DNA of 64,000 nt from Takakia lepidozioides (Eukaryota > Plantae > Bryophyta): the NCBI GenBank assembly GCA_030704615.1, contig CM060733.1:5084001-5148000 (forward strand), in the 5' to 3' direction. Shown here in pieces: positions 1 through 12,254 of this stretch. Positions within the stretch are counted from its first letter, which is position 1, and every line of letters begins with the position of its first letter. Made by a program: the position numbers and the translations under genes. Below the pieces are notes generated by a model. It saw nothing but the letters and a program-made list of their open reading frames with translations. It was not told the DNA's origin and searched no databases.

Positions 1-83
1 TTTCTATCATGTCTTGGGTACGCCATTGTCTCTTGTCCTCTCACCCACTAGGATTAAGTTGCTGTGGGGTGCTGGAATTCGCA

Positions 84-259
84 GCCGCAACCATCTCACC
101 AGGACATGCCTTGGTATGGGATTGCAGGGTCCCTGTTGAAACCCCTATATTCGTCTCCATTTTTGCAGTCTGCCGCAACCATCTCACCAGGACCAGGACT
201 GCCTTGGTATGGGATTGCAGGGTCCCTGTTGAAACCCCTATATCCGTCTCCATTTTTGC
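84..259. repeat. Intronic tandem duplication, 2 x ~88 bp
   Basis: gccgcaaccatctcaccaggac...tctccatttttgc starts at 84 and again at 172. Confidence 0.9.
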
Positions 260-340
260 CCGGAGTCTGACTCAAAAGTTTTCTGGCTAAAGTACCTTTC
301 AGTCATGGTGGTGTCTGATTCATTGTTGTGTTTCAAACAG

Positions 341-767
341 GACAAGAGTTTCACCTTCGTTTTGAAGACACCTCCAGCATCAATTCTCCTTCTAAAAGCT
401 GCTGGTAAGTTCTAGCTTCTTGCTTTCAAGGAGGCAGCATTTACCTGGCCTTTTGTCTCTCTGCCTCCAACTTTCTAGTTACATCATCACTTGAAAAGGC
501 AAAGGAAGAGAATCACATGGCATCTCTAAACTTTTCAGTGTTTTCATTTTGATCATAGGAGCGGATAAGGGGTCAGATAACCCCCAGAACGTGAAGGTGG
601 GCAAGGTCACAATGGAGCAGCTGCGGGAAATTGCAACTGAGAAGTTACCAGACTTGAACTGTTCAACAATTGAGTCAGCTATGAGGATTGTTGCTGGAAC
701 AGCGGCAAATATGGGGATTGACATTGTTCCACCTTTGCTTGAAAAGAAGCAAAAGGTCCTCTTCTAG
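341..767 (+). CDS. RPL11: Plastid 50S ribosomal protein L11 (uL11c), last two coding exons; 5' part lies outside the window
   Basis: Exons 341-404 ([21 protein letters not shown]) and 559-767 ([18 protein letters not shown]...[28 protein letters not shown]...KVLF*) are joined by a phase-1 GT-AG intron. These are classic uL11 motifs. Confidence 0.95.
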
Positions 768-1210
768 GTGAGTCTGTCCTTGTTAATGTAAGCTGAGCAC
801 TATCATGATGGCAAGCCACTTTAGCTTCTAACCATCTCTCTCAAACTGTTCTTCCTCATCTCTTTCCTGATATTACCTGCAAAACTATGAAGTTTTTAAG
901 AACAGTTCTACTTCACACTCTGCCTACTTACACCACAGCTTATCGGATTTCTTCTCTCCTGAAGTACTCAATCTATTTCTTGGCATTCTATCACGGCAGC
1001 AAGCACTGAAGCTTCTGACTCTCCTCATCATTCGTTTCTTTGCACCCTCTCTTCTTCTAGGTCTTTATCAGCAATGATCTGCAGCTTTTGAGTACAGTTC
1101 TCTTTCACATTTTGGGTATTTATCATGATAGCAAGCCCTTCCACTTCTCTCTCCCTCAGAGAGTATCTGCCATGCACTACACAGTTTGCACATGTCTCCC
1201 TTTTTTGATG

Positions 1211-1259
1211 GGGTCAATGGCCACAAGGCTACGGCAAACAACGTCTTATGAGTACATCT
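1211..1259 (+). mobile_element. Ultra-short LINE 3'-end insertion with TSD
   Basis: gggtcaatggccacaaggctacggcaaacaacgtcttatgagtaca is flanked by the direct repeat cttttttgatg (1200-1210 and 1260-1270). It matches the 3' end of the longer LINE copies at 20144 and 30858. Confidence 0.8.
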
Positions 1260-3153
1260 CTTTTTTGATGTTCTTCATGAATGCATCTTATATCATTATC
1301 CCAAGCTTTTTTTCACTATTTCTCATTACTGCAAGCACTCTATCTTCTTAGTATCTCTCTCAGGCTGTTTATGTCAACTGTTCTTTGCTCACTATCTGTT
1401 GTAATTGCAGAGGACCAAAGCATCTGGGTGTCCGTCTCCCATCCTCTCTGCTTTCCTTTTATGTCTTCCCTAGATTGTTGTGAAGTCTAGTTTTCGTCTA
1501 AATTTCTTGTAGATATAGTTGGAAACCAAAAAGCCTTCCAGCCTTACAATATCCCTTTCCTAAGTGACAGTCTTCTTCAACATGTTCCCACAGAAGAGTA
1601 GCCACGATTCTGAAGTAAGGAAAACTGATCTTTACAGTTGGAATCGGCACACGAATGCAGTGGAAATGAACATCTTTGCCAAAGAGGCCTCAATTGCAAT
1701 TCTTTCATTTGAGGAGTCATCCTGTGTCAATGAAGTGGGCACAAGGCTATTTTGGGCTACCAGTTGTTTGCACGAACTAGACTTCTGGAATGCAAGGTGT
1801 AAGCATTCCACATGAATGCAAGTTGAATGGGGAATATTTTGCCAAAGGAATGTGAGCTGTGTAACACATTGAATTGAGGATGGATCAGTCTTTGTCTTTG
1901 TGTATTCCCAATTGTGTTTTAAATTGTGCAATAAAATCTAATAGGTAGTGTGTCATGAAGTATCTGGTGTTTGAGAGGCAAAGTTCTTGTTAAGTCAGTA
2001 ATGATGGGTGGGGTACCGATCTGATCTTTGGAGGGCTTGGCAAGTTGGAACATGAAAGCATTTGAAACTATACATTTATAGACAACCAACATTCTTTCTT
2101 ATTCCACAGGTTCACTCACTAATTACAGCATGAAACATGAATACATTTAGACGTGTGGCCTTAAAGTCAGGTAGTCCATGAAGTCGCACAAAGACTCCAA
2201 TCTCCTCTAGTGTGTGAGATGCAAATCTCTATCTGCCTTCAGCACTTGGGGAATTTCGCATTTGAATTTTGAATGCATGTGGTGGAGTAGTGACTGTGAC
2301 TTCTATCACTACAAAGGCAGTCATTTCATTGCTTAGTTGTAGTCATATAGTCATCAGTCAGAGACATGAATATGAATATGTCACTACAACTATGACTTCT
2401 ATCACTGCAAATGTCTTGATTTCAATTGGGTACTTGTAGCCATACACTCAGATATTAGGTGTCGCCTCCTGACCAAGAAGGCGGGCACAGAGATGGTAGA
2501 GAGGCAAAGAAATCGAGAGAGACGAGGGAAGACGGAGGAGGCGAGATTGTTGTGGTGTTGCTGTTCGAGATTGGGGCTTTGAGAGGCGTGAGCACCGAGA
2601 AGGTGAGGGCGGCGCACTTGCTGGTGAGAACAGTGCTGGAACAAATGGTATTATGCACGCAGTGTGAACAAACCCCATGCTTCAGGGGCTGGAGCTCTCA
2701 TCAGGTGCACACTCTGACGCATTATCATTGCCACGTGCCTGCCCCAACATGTCTTTATGGTAGGACATGTTTGAGTCTTATGCAGACTTGCTGTGCTATC
2801 CAATTGTGGGGTATGAGCGGGAGGGTCATGCATCCACTCTTCTGAGTTATGGGAGGTTGTTAGCTGCTAGAGAGCTACTGACATCCCCTCCTGGGATTGT
2901 CAGTTGACCTGGGGGGGTTTTTTCCTGTCCAATTCAATGACCGGGAGAGAGAGTGCAGCAGGAATTCTATTTTTTGGAGAGAAGAGGACAGAGACTGGAA
3001 GGAAGGAGAGGAGGGAATCTGTTACTTTGTTTACCTAGCAAGGAGTTCATAAAGTTGAACCCTCGACTGAGATGATTGACGCATAGTTTTAGAGTAGATA
3101 TACACAGAATTGGTGATCGTATCTTGTATCTTCTGTCCATGTTTGAAAGTTAA

Positions 3154-6046
3154 ATGAAGGCATCAGTCTACAAGGAGCTTCAAGAAGCGTTGCGTCAGCA
3201 AAATGATAACGTATTAGAGACCGTCCGTCGCAGCTACCCGTGGATTGAGTTTGACACACTAGTTGCGATTTATTCTCAAGAATGCTCACGCCATGTGCGG
3301 CTACAGCATCACAAGTTCCGTACACGTCAGCGTATTCAAGAGTACATCACAAGGTTGGTCAAATGTACTTACAAAAATACTTTCAGGATGCAGGATTGAG
3401 TGGTATGGAGTCAATTCTGGTGGTTTCAGTTCAAACATCATGCAGCAAAGATAAGCTGGAAAGATAGATTGCTCTTGATGTCTTAGCATGGTTGGGCTCT
3501 ATTACCTCACTTTAAATACATGGCGGCAAGAACTTGTAGCCACAGAGAATGTGTTGCAGATGGTGTAAGGATTGTAGAGAACTGGCCATGCAACATGACT
3601 TACACTTGAAAAAACTTAATTTATTTCCACTGTAGTGGAAATCACAGCGATCGCACGACCGTGTTCGAACAGATCACCAGACCACCTTTGTTGCATATCA
3701 TACGAGAAAAGTCTTGATCCTGTTCAGCCTAAAAGCCAAGCACTGCCTATGTCTATGTCCCATTTGATGTTGGCCACTAAGTTGTCCTGATTTGTGTGAT
3801 TGAAGGGATATCTCTGGAGCGGATGTAATGGAGATTAGCCAATCTTTTGAATTGCCACCCTGCACGCTAGCACGCTTCGTGCTGGAAACTGGAACATCTT
3901 CCCATGGTGGGCTTGCACAAAGAATCAGGTCAGACCTGCACACCTGAGTATCCTCTAAAATACCTACCACATCTCCCCGATGGTGAAGTACCATCAGAAC
4001 GCAACAAGGACAACTCGCCCCTTGTTGAAGTTTCGAGGGACAGGCTTGCACCAGATGTGTAACAGAGCCAACCCATTGACAATGACCCTGTAGCTCACCG
4101 TGTCGCAGTCATCTCCCAGGCCGTGGCGTAAGAGTTATACACCAGTGCTAAGACTCAAAGTTGTGTATATCATCTTTGCCCCATTCTAAACATACTACCC
4201 TCTCCTCGGAGCCTCTCACCCCTAGCACCCCCGCCACACCCCCCCCACCACCCCCCCCACTCATTTATGCTCAGGTGCGTTGTGTGGGAGCCACTCTGAC
4301 ATTTTCCCAGCACCCCCCGGCCCACCCCCACCGGCCCCCCCTCCAGACCCCAAACGCCATACCACCCGGTCCAACACGGTCGAAAGCAGTGTTCCGACTA
4401 GCACCAGCCCATGAAACCTTCACCCGTGATGCTCGCGCTCGCGACTCCTTGCGCAGTCGCGGCCGCAGTTTGGTGTAGCAGGTGGCTGGCTGTTGTGCAG
4501 GCCCATGGTTCTGCTGTACTATCGACGGCATGAGTCTAGCATCTTTGATATGCCAGGTAGACTAAGAAGTTCTTCATTAGTTCCAATGCAAAAGTATTGA
4601 CCCGATTCTGACCTGCACAAAATTTATTTTTTGCGGCTTCAATTGAACGACTGACCTTAAGTGTTTGTTTGTTACTAAGGGCAATCATTATGTCTAGGTG
4701 AGCCTAGCATCTTCACAAGGCCTGCATAAGACACCACATATCAATACCTGTATGAAGTAATGATAATAACAGTATCTAGGGATGAGACTAAATTTTAAGA
4801 CTGTGTTAGGGCCAGAATTCTTACATCATTCTAACTTCACTCCGAAAAAGGGATAGGAACCTAGTGGCTGCCACTTCTTATGTGAGCAGGAGAACAGCTC
4901 CATATCACACCACAGATTCATTGGATGAACTCTGAACGCTCTCATGAAATCAACTGACTTGAGATGAGCAAAGCAAAAAACATGGCTGTCCATTTCTGAT
5001 GTGTTCTTATCTTTCAATCGTAGGTATGAGGTGTTGCTAGGCGAGAAGCTGCAGGATCTAGGGATTGCATTCCAGTCAGAGGATGCTTTGCGCACTGCAG
5101 GGTTTAGCAAAACCCCTGATGTAAAGCTGGAGGTTCCATTTGGTCTGTACGGGGTCGTATGGTGTGCGGGATTGACAGCAAAGCCTCATTTGGGGATGAT
5201 TGCTCTCATAAATCGCAGGCTGGCGATCAGTTTCAAAGGTTTTCTCTCAACTGTTGGTCCCATGGGTAACCATTGATGTTTTAGCTCCATCCATAGCCCT
5301 TAGGGTTCAGCGCATTCCTCTCTTAAGCATATTTTGACTTCACTACTCTCTCTCTCTCTCTGGCTACAGCAAACAACGTCTGATGAGTACACTCTCTCTC
5401 CACCCTTTTGTTCTGCCCAAACTGGGTGTGGAGTCTATGGCCACAAAGCTACAGCAAACAATGTCTTATAATTAAATTCTCTCTCCTCTTTGTTTTGGTT
5501 TCTTTTGATGTACTCTGAAGTGGTACTTGATTTGATCTACCCTGTCCCATTGGCCCTTGTGGCCTTCTGTGCATGTCATAAGGTTTCTTGCTTTCTTTGT
5601 TTCTCTCTCTCCTCTCCCCCCACTTTTACCCATGTGGTCTAATCAGATACCCTTTGTTTTGACTCTGTTGAAAGGATCTCACATTCAGTAGTTATGAGCC
5701 TGAAAGACGGCGGTTAGAAGAATTCAAGCAAGTCACTTTGTTGTCCAGCGATGACCGAAATAGTTGCAGATATTCTACTTCCCTTTTGCTTATCAGCTTT
5801 TCTAGGGTAACTTCTAACCAGGGACTTCAATGCCGGTTCCCAAAAAATTGCAGCATAGTAAATGAGTTCTTGCTTTTCTTGCTGTCATGCAGTTATGTGA
5901 ACAGATTTGGGCCTGGAATGGTTATTTACTGGTTTGGATTCATTGACGAGTTCAATGATCATTCCGATGTACTTCTGATGGACCATTTTCCTGACAAGAG
6001 CGAGGTGTATTGTCTACCGAGGCTGCCTTTGCCATCCAGAACGTAA
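3154..6046 (+). CDS. CDIN1: CDAN1-interacting nuclease 1 (C15orf41/TPD-domain) homologue; frame-disrupted (pseudogene or sequence errors)
   Basis: Exons 3154-3353 (MKASVYKEL...TLVAIYSQ), 3806-~4127 (SGADVMEISQSFELPPCTLARFVLE...IDNDP, with a stop and frameshifts after ~3940), 5024-5238 (YEVLLGEKL...KTPDVKLEVP, frameshift ~5151, IDSKASFGDD) and 5893-6046 (SYVNRFGPGMVIYWFGFIDE). KTPD, DSKASFGD and NRFGPGxVIYWFGF are C15orf41 hallmarks. Confidence 0.85.
5361..5482 (+). mobile_element. Two adjacent degenerate LINE 3'-end fragments in a CT-rich intron tract
   Basis: ggctacagcaaacaacgtctgatgagtacactctctc and ctgcccaaactgggtgtggagtctatggccacaaagctacagcaaacaatgtcttat. Confidence 0.75.
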
Positions 6047-8164
6047 GGAGGTGAATGAAGGTGGTGGTGTGCATTAATGTTACAACTGCCTGTGCACTAT
6101 AGAGCACCACAGGTGGCCCTGTGTGAAAGAGTAATTCCAAACCGAACCCTTACTCCTCCTCAAGCTACTGTGAGTTCCGATGCAGAAAGAGATAGAACTG
6201 TGAAGATCACTGGTGAAGCTATTGCACAGTAAATTCAGTAAACAGTAAATTCATTTTTAGTTTTTAGTTTTGTTTTGGACAGCTGTTGCTACTGAATGCC
6301 CGATGGGTTGTCAGTGATTGTTATGGGAACAGCCCCAGCTTCTCCTTGCAGGAATTAAGGGACACAAAGGGAAAAGCTTTATGGACATCCCCAGTAGTAT
6401 GTCATCCCCCTCAGAGAAACCCAATCCATCATATGGTGGGCCTAAAAAAGAATGGCAGGAAATAAACCCTGCAATGTAGAGGCTGTGAATTATGACATGA
6501 TGGTGTCATAGACTTGGAAAACCTTCAGTTCCATTGCTCCTTCACTGTTCTCTCTTCTTTCTAATGCTTCAGATGCGATCAGTGTCGAGTCCAAAGTTGC
6601 TGAAAGTGGCTGAAAGCCCCATGTATGCTTATGAACTGACTTGGATTGATAAAATGTTAAGAGCAGCTATCATGCTGTTCATCAGAGAAACTAACAAGGT
6701 GGGATGCTTCAACTAAACCTCTGAGGGGCTGTTTCTCTCTGGAATTCCTTAATATGTTCAACTTTGTTGTAAGATGAGAGTTTGAGCACGTGCTCTTGCC
6801 AGTGGGTATCCAACTCCACCCTCTATCACTACGCATGTCCCAATAGCAGATCAGTACAAGGCATATGAGAATACTCATATGCTAGTATTGTACTTTTGTG
6901 TGGAACAAGTGATAGCCAACCGGGTGCACTGGTCAAGTGACTTATTAGATTTGACTTGTGGCGGGACACATTGATAGACAATGCAAAAGAGCAAGCTCAC
7001 TCACCAACATTAGTTGCCAATGCCACCAAAGTAATGTGCCTCTATATTTGGCGCCACTTTTAGTTGTGTTTCTCAGTCCCCGATTCTTCTATAGGTAGAT
7101 CAGGGTGGTTAGGAGGGTAGTAGGTTTCTGGTAACATCTTCATTGATTTCAGAGTTCATTATGTCATAGCTGCTTACATGCTCTACGTTTTTGGTGACTA
7201 GCAAGTATCCATCCGCAGCTTCAGCTCCACATAGTAGGTTGATGCGCTTCTGAACGGTTCTCAACATCAAAGTTTTTTTTTTTCACTAAGCCTCTCAAGG
7301 AAGATTTTGCTTTTATCTAAAGATCCTTTGTTTGCAATTGTCATTCGGGATGAGATGGGTACTGCCCTGATTGCTGCACAGTCATGTTGAGCCACTCAGG
7401 CTCCTCCCTCTGGATCAGCAAATAGTCCGATCACTACTGTGAGCAAACATGTGCATGTAATCTTGACATCTCCAGCTCTGTATTCTTAACGGTGGGATCC
7501 ATGGCAGCTGTTAGGGGGTTTTGCAAAATCTGAAGTTAGAAATGTTTTGTGATTCTTGATGAGCTGTCCAGCATGAAAGTTGGTGTCTAAAACCCCTACT
7601 TTACTATGAATGGTACCCCCAGAGGCAGTCCATAATAAGTAGCCACTGTGTCTTGTAATTGGCTGTGGCTCCAAGTCAGATATGCAGCCTCCCGGGAACA
7701 GGATAGAGCCACTTTGAATTCAGACTTTCAACAGCTTCACACCTCCCGGAATTGAATATGAAGAAAATTTTGGGTAATAGCTTTTTGGGAACCTGCTGAA
7801 GTGACTGTGATGTCTCTTTGCACTCTCGGATCTGTTGTTGGACCGTTCCATCGTCTGAACCTACATGTGGCCAACGGGAGGGGGGCGCAGATTCCACACA
7901 GCCCGACAATTTAATGATATAAGCAGAGTACTGCCATGCAACATGTCAACAATAGATGGAGTACTATCCAGGCAGAGAAAAGATATGGTTACCTGAGACA
8001 GAAAAAGATGTGACAAGAATAGAACTGTGAGACAAGGGGAGCCATATATGGATGTGTTGGATAGTATATATACCTCTCTCTCGAAGAGGTTGAGAAGGGC
8101 GTGCAGAGATCTGGTTGCAGAGCAAGAAGAGGATATCAGTCAGTGCGTCGTCTTGAGATAGATT

Positions 8165-8930
8165 GACGGAGGAGGCGAGATCGTTGGTGCGAGATTGTTG
8201 TGGTATTCGTTTGCGAGATTCGGGCTTTGAGAGGCGTGAGCACCGAGAAGGTGAGGGCGGCGCACTTGCTGGTGAAGCAGCAATTCCGATTGTAGCTCTG
8301 CGAAACTCCCACAAGTCCGGCGGTTGAATCTTTGTGTCTTATCATGACAAAAAATTGGAATGATAGATTGCAAGAAGATATAGTCCCCCTCTAATTTTGG
8401 GGGCAGTGGCAGTTTGGGCAGTTCGGGAATGCAGATCGATAGCTGAGGAGGTGAGGAGGGAGCGCAGAAAGCTAGTTTTGCGGATGGTAGATAAGTTTAC
8501 CGATGATTTGTGGGCTATATACAATGACGATAAGGAGTACAGGAAGAGCACTAAAGACAGGATAGAGATGATGAGAGTGAGTGAGCGACGGGATTAGGAA
8601 AAGTACGAGGAAATGAAACATAGTCTGGGCACAGGCTTTCTTTTGAGAGAACACCGTTGTATCCTCAAAATCCCGTAGTTCATGTAAGAGAGAGAGAGTG
8701 GCAGTCAGCTTTCCTTCCAGCCCCGCTTCTCTATTGAACGCCCTTCACTACAACATGTTTCCGATTTCCCTATAGCAGAGCAGTACAAGGCTTCATATGA
8801 GAAGACTCCTTATTCCTCATGTGCTAAAGTTGTACTCATGGGGATGCACTGGTCAAGTGACTTGTGGCTGGACACATTGATAGACAATGCAAAAGAGCAA
8901 TTGTTTCACTCACCAACACCATTGCAAATG
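8165..8930 (+). repeat. Mosaic local duplication of CDIN1-flanking sequence
   Basis: 8165-8276 matches 2531-2627 (ggaggaggcgagat...gagaggcgtgagcaccgagaaggtgagggcggcgcacttgctggtga). 8746-8930 matches 6826-7025 (cagtacaaggc...tgcactggtcaagtgactt...gacacattgatagacaatgcaaaagagcaa). Confidence 0.8.
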
Positions 8931-9542
8931 GGATGGACAATCTGTCCTCTCGAAGTTTGAGTATTCCATGTACACCTGTCTTGAACTAATAAGGTAAGTC
9001 CAGTGTGGATTAGGCCTAATACTCACACACCGACAACATCTTCCTTGACCATACCAATGGCTATTTGGGGACAAAAGTTAATTGTTGGTTCCCATAGCTT
9101 CCTGCTTCTGACTTGACCATCATAGATCCAACTCTTGTGCCTTAGCAACAACTCTAATGTGGTTTAGGGTGCAAGAAGAAACATGTTCTTTGAGAACTGT
9201 GATGGCCTAGGGTTGGAAGGGGTTTTAGTTGCGAAAACTATTTGTATACAGGACAAATGTTATGTCGCACTCTCGTAGATGTTCCATGCACCCGTGTTGT
9301 TTGCCCTTTTTTGAATCAAAATTTTCACAATCATTCATTCCTTTGGCTGCCAGCTGATTATGAGTTAAAAGGTGCCACATTGTTTGGTAGTGACTGTGTT
9401 AGTATAACAATTTTTACATGGCATATGGTGGAAGCCACCAACCAGGCTCACCAGACATTGAAGACTTCACTGCTTAAAATCATTGACTACTCTTCACATC
9501 AAATGAAGCTTTTCCCACTTGAAACTGGAGTTGAGGCAGGTT

Positions 9543-12159
9543 TCAAAAACTTTCATTAGCCCCTCTTACTGGGAAGAGGAATTTGGACACTGCCTTCCAG
9601 CCTGATTCACCTGGATGATTACTGTCCCAAAAGAATGATTGCGAAGGATCTGCGCATATGGTATAGAGCGGCTTGCCATTTGCACCAACATCTCCACAAT
9701 TTTTGAGGGCCAGTTCCGCTCCTAAACAACAGGGCAAGAGGGGCTTTGATAATCCTGTGCACCAGTCAAACACCACCAAAGGTCACTGTTAGACAATGTG
9801 GGATAACGCACAGACGGCCATCAGAGAAACCTGCAAACATAAATAGTGCACACTAATGTGGGGCTAAGCTCTTAACATGATAAATAAAGAGTGACATTGT
9901 GCTCACCATAACTGGAAGGTTCCTCAAGGAGGATGGTGGTGAAGGCTTTGTATTGATCGAGTATTGTGAATGTGGAGCCAGGTAAACTACTCCTTAGTTG
10001 TGCAATGGTCTTGACCAGTGCTTCGTTGTGCTGGGTGGAGATGCTATTTTTGAATTCATCACAGGCTTTGAACCCAGGTCTCGTTGCAGACGGCAAACAC
10101 CCAAGAGGCTGCAAGTTGTTGACATAGAATGTATGGAGGCCAAGAGCATATAGACGCTTTAAGTTGTTGGCCACCTCCTGGACGACTGAAGTTATATAAG
10201 CTGGAACACCCTGCAAGCATTGATATAAGCCCATCATCAAGATATGGTACATACAACCAGACCTCCACACCCAGAATGCGACTGGGCAAACATTCAAGAA
10301 TTTGCAATAATTCAAGTCTGGCCTTCTCTCATTTCGTTTAATCACCCACAAAGCTTGAAGGCATAAATCACAATTTTATGGCAGCAGAGATCCCACGGGT
10401 GTTTGAAGGACTACAGAGGGGAGCAGGGAATGGGGAACAGAAGGAGAGCTAATGGTGTCCACTACTGAAGGCTCAGTGAAGCAATTAGACATACTTCAGG
10501 GATGAAACTTGCATTACCCTCGATATATGTACATGTGTCGAATGGAAGTGAATAACAGAGGACATAAAGAGAGCCTACAGGATCCTATATCACTGTGTGT
10601 GTATGAGAGAGGGAATCAGTGCTGGGAAATTTGGGGCAATTCCAGTCACAGAAACTTACTGCAGCAGTGCCACCACTTAGGAGATAGGCCGCATAGTCGT
10701 TGCCAGACAGACCAATGAGCGCCACTGACTGAGCAAGGAATTCCTTGGGGTAGATAGAACCAACCAGAGAGGAGAATTGGCTGACTTGGCCACTCACGGT
10801 TAGTGAGATCCCTAAGCTGTTGAGCACCCCAGCCCCACCAATGGCAAAGTTCATTCCATATTTGGGTTCGCTTGGATTTCCAACCCTTTGTTCATATGGG
10901 ATAGGCGATGGGATCTGCAGTGCCAGAGCTGCACACATTTTGATTGTTAGACTTCTCATTGGGCGATGATGTCGTCAATGCTTTCTACAAGAACATGAAC
11001 CATAAGTCCACACTAAACTACTGTACAAGAGAACATTGCTAATCCAGGTTATTTGCTCCATAACCTCATGATAAATTTTCATGGCAAAAGATGTTGTTAC
11101 CAAAGAATTCAGAGAAGACATGCCCATCAGAGAAACGGCCATCCGGACTTCCAGGCCATGTGTGACCATATGGAATGTGCCAAGGTTGGTTGAATAGCAT
11201 GTTGGTCTTGTTGCGGTTGCCTGTATCAACATATGAATCCCCAAATACAAACAGTGCATTCGGAGGTGGGCCTGCTACCATGATGTCAGCATTACCTGCG
11301 ACACAACAATGGTGGTCCAGTTCAGACAAGCTCATTCTCAGGTAAGGAGCTAGCTGTTTGTTGTCATCATCATTTCCTCCCAAGAGGAGACACAAAGCTA
11401 CCTACAAAGTATGCAAGGGTGGCCTCTTCCTAAGGGTCACTATTGGGATCGTTTTGGAAGCCTGTGTACATCAATGTTGCATCCCATCTACCACTATGAG
11501 ATTGTCGGAACACCTCCTGAAGAAATACCATCTTCTGGGGATATGCATTCAGGCAATCCCCAATTAATAATTAGGCAAGAGACAATCCTGTGTTTGCAGT
11601 TCACATTATCCCCAAATAGCAGTGGTCGGTTCCAGTCCTTCAATGTTATAGCACCTTCTGGAGCTGACATTTCCTTCTCTGTGGAATACTCTACATTCAA
11701 CAACTTGTGACCTTTCCCCATTTCGCCTCTTGTCGCCCTACAATGGAGCTCAGAAAACGTCAGGTACTTAGGTCTATGTCAAGGGCCCGCAGTAAAAGAG
11801 GCCGTGGAAGGTCAACCAACCTTGAATTGAGGCAGTCCCCTTCACATTCTCTATCACACATTGTCACGACAGGCGAAATTCCTAGTCTATCATAAAAGAG
11901 ATAATGGTGCCCCGCAGGATCGTCAAGAGACTGTGAAAAGAAGTAGCTGGAAACATGAGTCAGGTAAATTGACACACCAGCCCGAAGTGATCGAGCGACT
12001 TAGTTGAATCATACAACTAGCTGAACTCTGAGCTTTTCTAAGCCTTTCTTCTCATGCCAACAGAGATTCACACTACAAGAAGCACTCACCCAGATAGCCC
12101 ATCGACATAAATACTGTGCACAGCAACCAGAGACTCCATAGCTGCTTGCAACCTTCCAT
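9543..12159 (-). CDS. GDSL esterase/lipase (SGNH), intact, ~349 aa with N-terminal signal peptide
   Basis: Exons 12159-12090, 11295-11101, 10928-10660, 10210-9907 and 9754-9543, all GT-AG and in phase (1050 nt). Motifs: FVFGDSYVDTGN, GRFSDG, GMNFAIGGAG, GNDY, PLGCLP, FFWDSNHP. Confidence 0.93.
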
Positions 12160-12221
12160 GATGCAATCCCTGCGCCGCCTCCACGAACCAGGTCCTTCAG
12201 TGTATCTGTCCTTCAAGGAAA

Positions 12222-12254
<33 letters not shown>

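Noticed and set aside
4161-4531. Proline-rich ORFs
   Set aside because: They arise from a low-complexity poly-C tract in a CDIN1 intron, possibly noisy sequence.
5375-5395. ctgatgagtac resembling a hammerhead ribozyme core in a LINE-end copy
   Set aside because: Other copies read cttatgag or ctcatgag, and no GAAA or stem arrangement follows.
9755-9830. Alternative GDSL acceptor giving GFSDGRL..
   Set aside because: It leads to a premature stop; the acceptor at 9754 gives the canonical YG-LSKPLLPCC.
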